Shown here: positions 60,748 to 64,000 of the stretch, piece by piece | Numbering within the stretch: position 1 is the stretch's first letter | How the letters are laid out: every line of letters begins with the position of its first letter | From: an uncultured Verrucomicrobiae bacterium | Lineage (GTDB): Bacteria > Verrucomicrobiota > Verrucomicrobiia > Chthoniobacterales > UBA10450 | Reading direction: 5' to 3' | Length of the DNA stretch: 64,000 nt | Assembly (NCBI GenBank): GCA_963756875.1 | Contig: CAVWPA010000003.1 | Coordinates: 384,001-448,000 of the forward strand | Translations under genes and position numbers: made by a program | The notes under the pieces: model-generated | What the model was told of the DNA's origin: nothing | What the model saw: only the letters and a program-made list of their open reading frames with translations | The model's database searches: none

Positions 60748-61676
60748 GTGGCGATTCCTCCGCAGAGATAAAGGACAGCCATGCGCACGGCCAGACCGTT
60801 GGTTACCTGATCGAGAATAACGCTTTGCACGCCATCGGCCACATCGCTATCGATCTCGACGCCGCGATTGATGGGCCCCGGGTGCATGATCAGGCAATCG
60901 GGCTTCAATAATCTTGCGCGCTGTTTGGTCAGTCCGAACAGCGCGCGATACTCGCTGATCCCCGGGAAATATTCCTTGCGCTGACGTTCGTGCTGGATGC
61001 GCAACAAGTTCACCACGTCTGCCGTTGGGAGGACGTCGTCGATTTTATGCGAGACGGCGACGCCCAATTTTTCGAACTCGCGCGGCACCAGCGTGCTGGG
61101 GCCAACCAGAGTCACCCGGGCCCCGAGTTTCGTCAGGCCCAAAATGTTCGAGCGCGCGACGCGGCTGAAGAGAATATCTCCGACGATGACAACATGGAGT
61201 CCGGCGATCTGGCCTCGCTTCTCACGGATGGTATAGAGATCGAGCAGCGCCTGCGTCGGATGTTCGTGCGCTCCATCGCCGGCATTCACGACGCTCGATT
61301 TCAATCTCTCGGCCAAAAACTGCGGAGCGCCCGCCGAGCTGTGGCGCAGGACGAGGATGTCTGCGTGGAGCGCTTCCAAATTGCGCGCGGTATCTTTAAG
61401 GGTTTCGCCCTTGGTAAGGCTCGACGCGCTGGTGGAAATGTTAATCACGTCCGCGCTGAGACGGAACGCGGCGAGCTCGAAAGAAGTCCGGGTGCGCGTG
61501 CTAGGTTCGATGAAGAAGTTGATGAGCGTTTTGCCGCGCAGGGCGGGCACTTTTTTGATCTCCCGGGCGCCGACCTGTTTAAACGCGTCTGCCGTCTCGA
61601 GAATAAAGTTGATCTCCTCCGCAGAGAGCTCACGCAGACCAAGCAGATCTTTTCGTGTCCAGCGCGCAGTGGTCAT
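60744..61676 (-). CDS. pyrB: Aspartate carbamoyltransferase
   Basis: [28 protein letters not shown]. Confidence 0.96.
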   Translation of the reverse strand: MTTARWTRKDLLGLRELSAEEINFILETADAFKQVGAREIKKVPALRGKTLINFFIEPSTRTRTSFELAAFRLSADVINISTSASSLTKGETLKDTARNLEALHADILVLRHSSAGAPQFLAERLKSSVVNAGDGAHEHPTQALLDLYTIREKRGQIAGLHVVIVGDILFSRVARSNILGLTKLGARVTLVGPSTLVPREFEKLGVAVSHKIDDVLPTADVVNLLRIQHERQRKEYFPGISEYRALFGLTKQRARLLKPDCLIMHPGPINRGVEIDSDVADGVQSVILDQVTNGLAVRMAVLYLCGGIAT

Positions 61677-61714
61677 AAGCTTTCGCGCGTCTGTCGCGCG
61701 GCTCCGATGGCCCT

Positions 61715-61861
61715 GGTAGCGCACGCGTCTCGCGTGCCGGTTTCGGCGTCACGCCGAAACGATCTTTCCCCGGATATGACTAAGCTGCGCGTTTCGAATG
61801 TTAAGAAAAAGTTCGCGATGGCGAGGACGCCCTCGCCAGCACGCGAGGCGCATGCGCTACC
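61715..61861. repeat. REPIN-like element between pyrR and pyrB
   Basis: GGTAGCGCACGCGTCTCGCGTGC ... GCACGCGAGGCGCATGCGCTACC imperfect inverted repeat with internal hairpins. Confidence 0.7.
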
Positions 61862-61881
61862 CGGAATGTTCGCGGCGGCGT

Positions 61882-62442
61882 TCATTCTTTTGAGACCCAT
61901 ACTGAATCCGGTTCGCTATCGGTTTGTTCCAGGCGCACGCGCACGCTGTCGTTCGCAGCGCTTGGCAGATTCTTACCCACGTAATCCGGACGGATGGGCA
62001 GCTCGCGGTGTCCGCGGTCGATGAGGGTCGCGAGTTGAATTCGGGCCGGCCGGCCGAATGAGCTGAGCGCGTCCATCGCTGCGCGCACGGTGCGGCCGGT
62101 GAAGAGAACATCATCGACAATAATGACGGTGCGCCCCTCAAGCGGCAGCGGCAGCTTCGATTCGCGTACTACCGGCAACTCGGCGCGTCTTCCCACGTCG
62201 TCGCGATGCATGGCCACATCGATAACTCCGGTTTCGACGCCGGGATGCCCGGTTGCGCTAATCAACTCGGCGAGACGTCGCGCGATCTCGACGCCGCGCG
62301 ACGGAATTCCGGCGAGCACCACCAAGCCGAGATCGGGGTTGCGTTCGATGACCTCGTGCGCGATGCGAACCAGCGCACGACGGATCGCTTCCGCGTCCAT
62401 GGTCGGGACGCCGGCAGGGGGATTCTGTTTTGGGTTTTTCAT
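61882..62442 (-). CDS. pyrR: Pyrimidine operon regulator / uracil PRTase
   Basis: RIAHEVIE, VDDVLFTGRT.RAA, DRGHRELPIRPDYVGKN. Confidence 0.95.
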   Translation of the reverse strand: MKNPKQNPPAGVPTMDAEAIRRALVRIAHEVIERNPDLGLVVLAGIPSRGVEIARRLAELISATGHPGVETGVIDVAMHRDDVGRRAELPVVRESKLPLPLEGRTVIIVDDVLFTGRTVRAAMDALSSFGRPARIQLATLIDRGHRELPIRPDYVGKNLPSAANDSVRVRLEQTDSEPDSVWVSKE

Positions 62443-62447
62443 TGCAT

Positions 62448-62480
62448 TCCTTGGCGACCTCTCCGGATCGCTTTAAAGGA
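62448..62480 (-). promoter_or_regulatory. PyrR-binding RNA loop
   Basis: TCCTTTAAAGCGATCCGGAGAGGTCGCCAAGGA matches the CUUUAA...RUCCnGAGAGGY...AAGG pattern. Confidence 0.8.
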
Positions 62481-62488
62481 ACAAAAAA

Positions 62489-62737
62489 TTAGGAGGCTGC
62501 TTTCGTTTCCGCGCGCGCCTCCTTGATTCGCCTCGCTCGCCAGTTGGATCGATGTTTGACGATCCAATCGAGCAGCGCCTTTTCAAAGCCGATGTCTTTC
62601 CCGGCTTTTTCGCTTTCAATCCACTTATGCTTCAAAATCTCTTCGCGCTCGGCCAGGAACTCTTTGTAAAGGACCGAGTTCTTAACGAACTGGGGGTGGT
62701 CTTGCTCTGCTGTCGGCATGTCCCGAGCTTTTTCCAT
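62489..62737 (-). CDS. Small conserved protein (DUF4032-like)
   Basis: LYKEFLAEREEILKHKWIESEKAGKDIGFEKAL.DW. Confidence 0.7.
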   Translation of the reverse strand: MEKARDMPTAEQDHPQFVKNSVLYKEFLAEREEILKHKWIESEKAGKDIGFEKALLDWIVKHRSNWRARRIKEARAETKAAS

Positions 62738-62804
62738 AAAAACGAGAACCGGTCAATCAAAAGTGAATAAGTTCACATAGGGTATGACGTAGCATCGGTC
62801 ATAC

Positions 62805-63872
62805 CTATTTAATCGAGCCAACCTGATCATGCTGCGATACGGCGTCCCGAATTCGGCCGGCGATCTTCCTAAACTCCTCCGCGACAGGTGATTGCGCATC
62901 CTCAGCGACGATCGGCCTGCCCCGATCGCCCGCCTCGCGTGTTGCGATATCGATCGGAATCTGGCCAACCAACGGGACATGCAACCGTTTGGCTTCCCGC
63001 TCGCCACCGCCGCTTCCAAAAATATCGTAGCGTTTGCCGTCACTCGGGCAAACGAAGTAGCTCATGTTCTCGATCAGCCCGATTACCGGGACGTTGACCT
63101 TGTCGAACATGGTGGCCGCTTTGCGCGCATCGATGAGGGCTACCTCCTGCGGGGTTGTAACAATGATCGCGCCCGAAAGTGCCACGGTCTGCACGATGGT
63201 TAACTGGACGTCGCCGGTGCCCGGCGGAAGATCAAGCACCAGATAATCGAGCTCGCCCCAGTCGACGTTACGCAAAAACTGTTGCGTGTAGCGCGTAACC
63301 ATCGGGCCGCGCAAAATTGCCGGCGACGCATCGTCGAGCAAAAACCCCATCGACATCAGTTTGAGGTTGTACTGTTCGATGGGAACAATTTTGTTCTCCT
63401 CCGTGGCCATCGGGCGTTCGCGCGTGCCGAACATGAGTGAAATACTGGGCCCGTAAATGTCGCAATCGCAAAGGCCGACGCGCGCCCCGGTCTGTTCCAG
63501 CGCAAGGGCGAGATTGGCGGCGATGGTCGATTTCCCGACGCCTCCCTTGCCGCTGGCGACGGCGATCACATGGTTGACACCGGGAATCCGCATTGCGGCG
63601 ATTCCCGTGCCCGCACCTGCCGGTGGCGCCTGGATGTCGATCAACACCTTTGCCCGTTGCACGTCGGGGATCCCGAGGAGAATGGTTTCGGCGTTGTTCT
63701 TGATGGTCGCGGGAATATTCGGATCGTTGGTCGCCAGCGCGAGCTGCACTTTGACTTCGCCATCATCGATCTGGACCGACTTGACCAGGCCAAACGACAC
63801 GATGTCGCGTGTGAAACCGGGATATTTTACCGCTTTCAGCGCGTCTATGACCTGTTCTTGCGAAATCGACAT
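62805..63872 (-). CDS. mrp: Mrp/ApbC (NBP35) Fe-S carrier ATPase
   Basis: SGKGGVGKST, DIYGPS, DLPPGTGD, ENMSYFVCP. Confidence 0.93.
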   Translation of the reverse strand: MSISQEQVIDALKAVKYPGFTRDIVSFGLVKSVQIDDGEVKVQLALATNDPNIPATIKNNAETILLGIPDVQRAKVLIDIQAPPAGAGTGIAAMRIPGVNHVIAVASGKGGVGKSTIAANLALALEQTGARVGLCDCDIYGPSISLMFGTRERPMATEENKIVPIEQYNLKLMSMGFLLDDASPAILRGPMVTRYTQQFLRNVDWGELDYLVLDLPPGTGDVQLTIVQTVALSGAIIVTTPQEVALIDARKAATMFDKVNVPVIGLIENMSYFVCPSDGKRYDIFGSGGGEREAKRLHVPLVGQIPIDIATREAGDRGRPIVAEDAQSPVAEEFRKIAGRIRDAVSQHDQVGSIK

Positions 63873-64000
63873 TTTCGTAATGTGGCAGGGACGGATCGCT
63901 GGAGGCGTCCATTTTGAAACGCGTTCACCGCGCGCCCCGGCGGTCGCGCCCTACCCATGGAAACTAGCGAGCATTGAAGATGAGTAAAGATTTGTGAAAG

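Overview
GC-rich bacterial window, probably a soil Verrucomicrobiota/Chthoniobacterales-like genome (inferred from gene content, not proven). About 1-11.6 kb is a respiratory cytochrome cluster: ResB-type cytochrome c maturation, an 11-heme cytochrome c plus cytochrome b (split CbcL-like), a 7-heme ImcH/NapC-like protein, two monoheme cytochromes, and an MtrB/PioB-like porin with an 8-heme MtrA/DmsE-like partner. About 11.7-52 kb holds low-oxygen/dormancy-type genes: a 2-oxoacid decarboxylase, pdxH-tpl-tnaA, hemE-hemN-hemY-hemH, a divergent transketolase, an AEP primase-like protein, erythromycin esterase, PRTase, Hsp20, three USPs, a PocR-AraC regulator, a P1B ATPase and an RND pump. The strongest unannotated signal is a 26-bp motif (CAA-N5-G-N4-G-N7-CAA, CAA repeated at 21-bp spacing) found by eye upstream of 15 transcription units, each copy oriented with its gene. 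It links the porin-cytochrome, heme and stress genes into one candidate AraC-family regulon. At about 52.7-53.1 kb a small GIY-YIG gene with perfect 29-bp inverted repeats sits at the 3' end of tRNA-Gln, flanked by duplicated tRNA ends. The right end is housekeeping (sufCBD, pyrRBC, mrp). Four genes carry apparent single-base frameshifts, probably consensus errors. Family calls come from motif recognition only; no searches were run.
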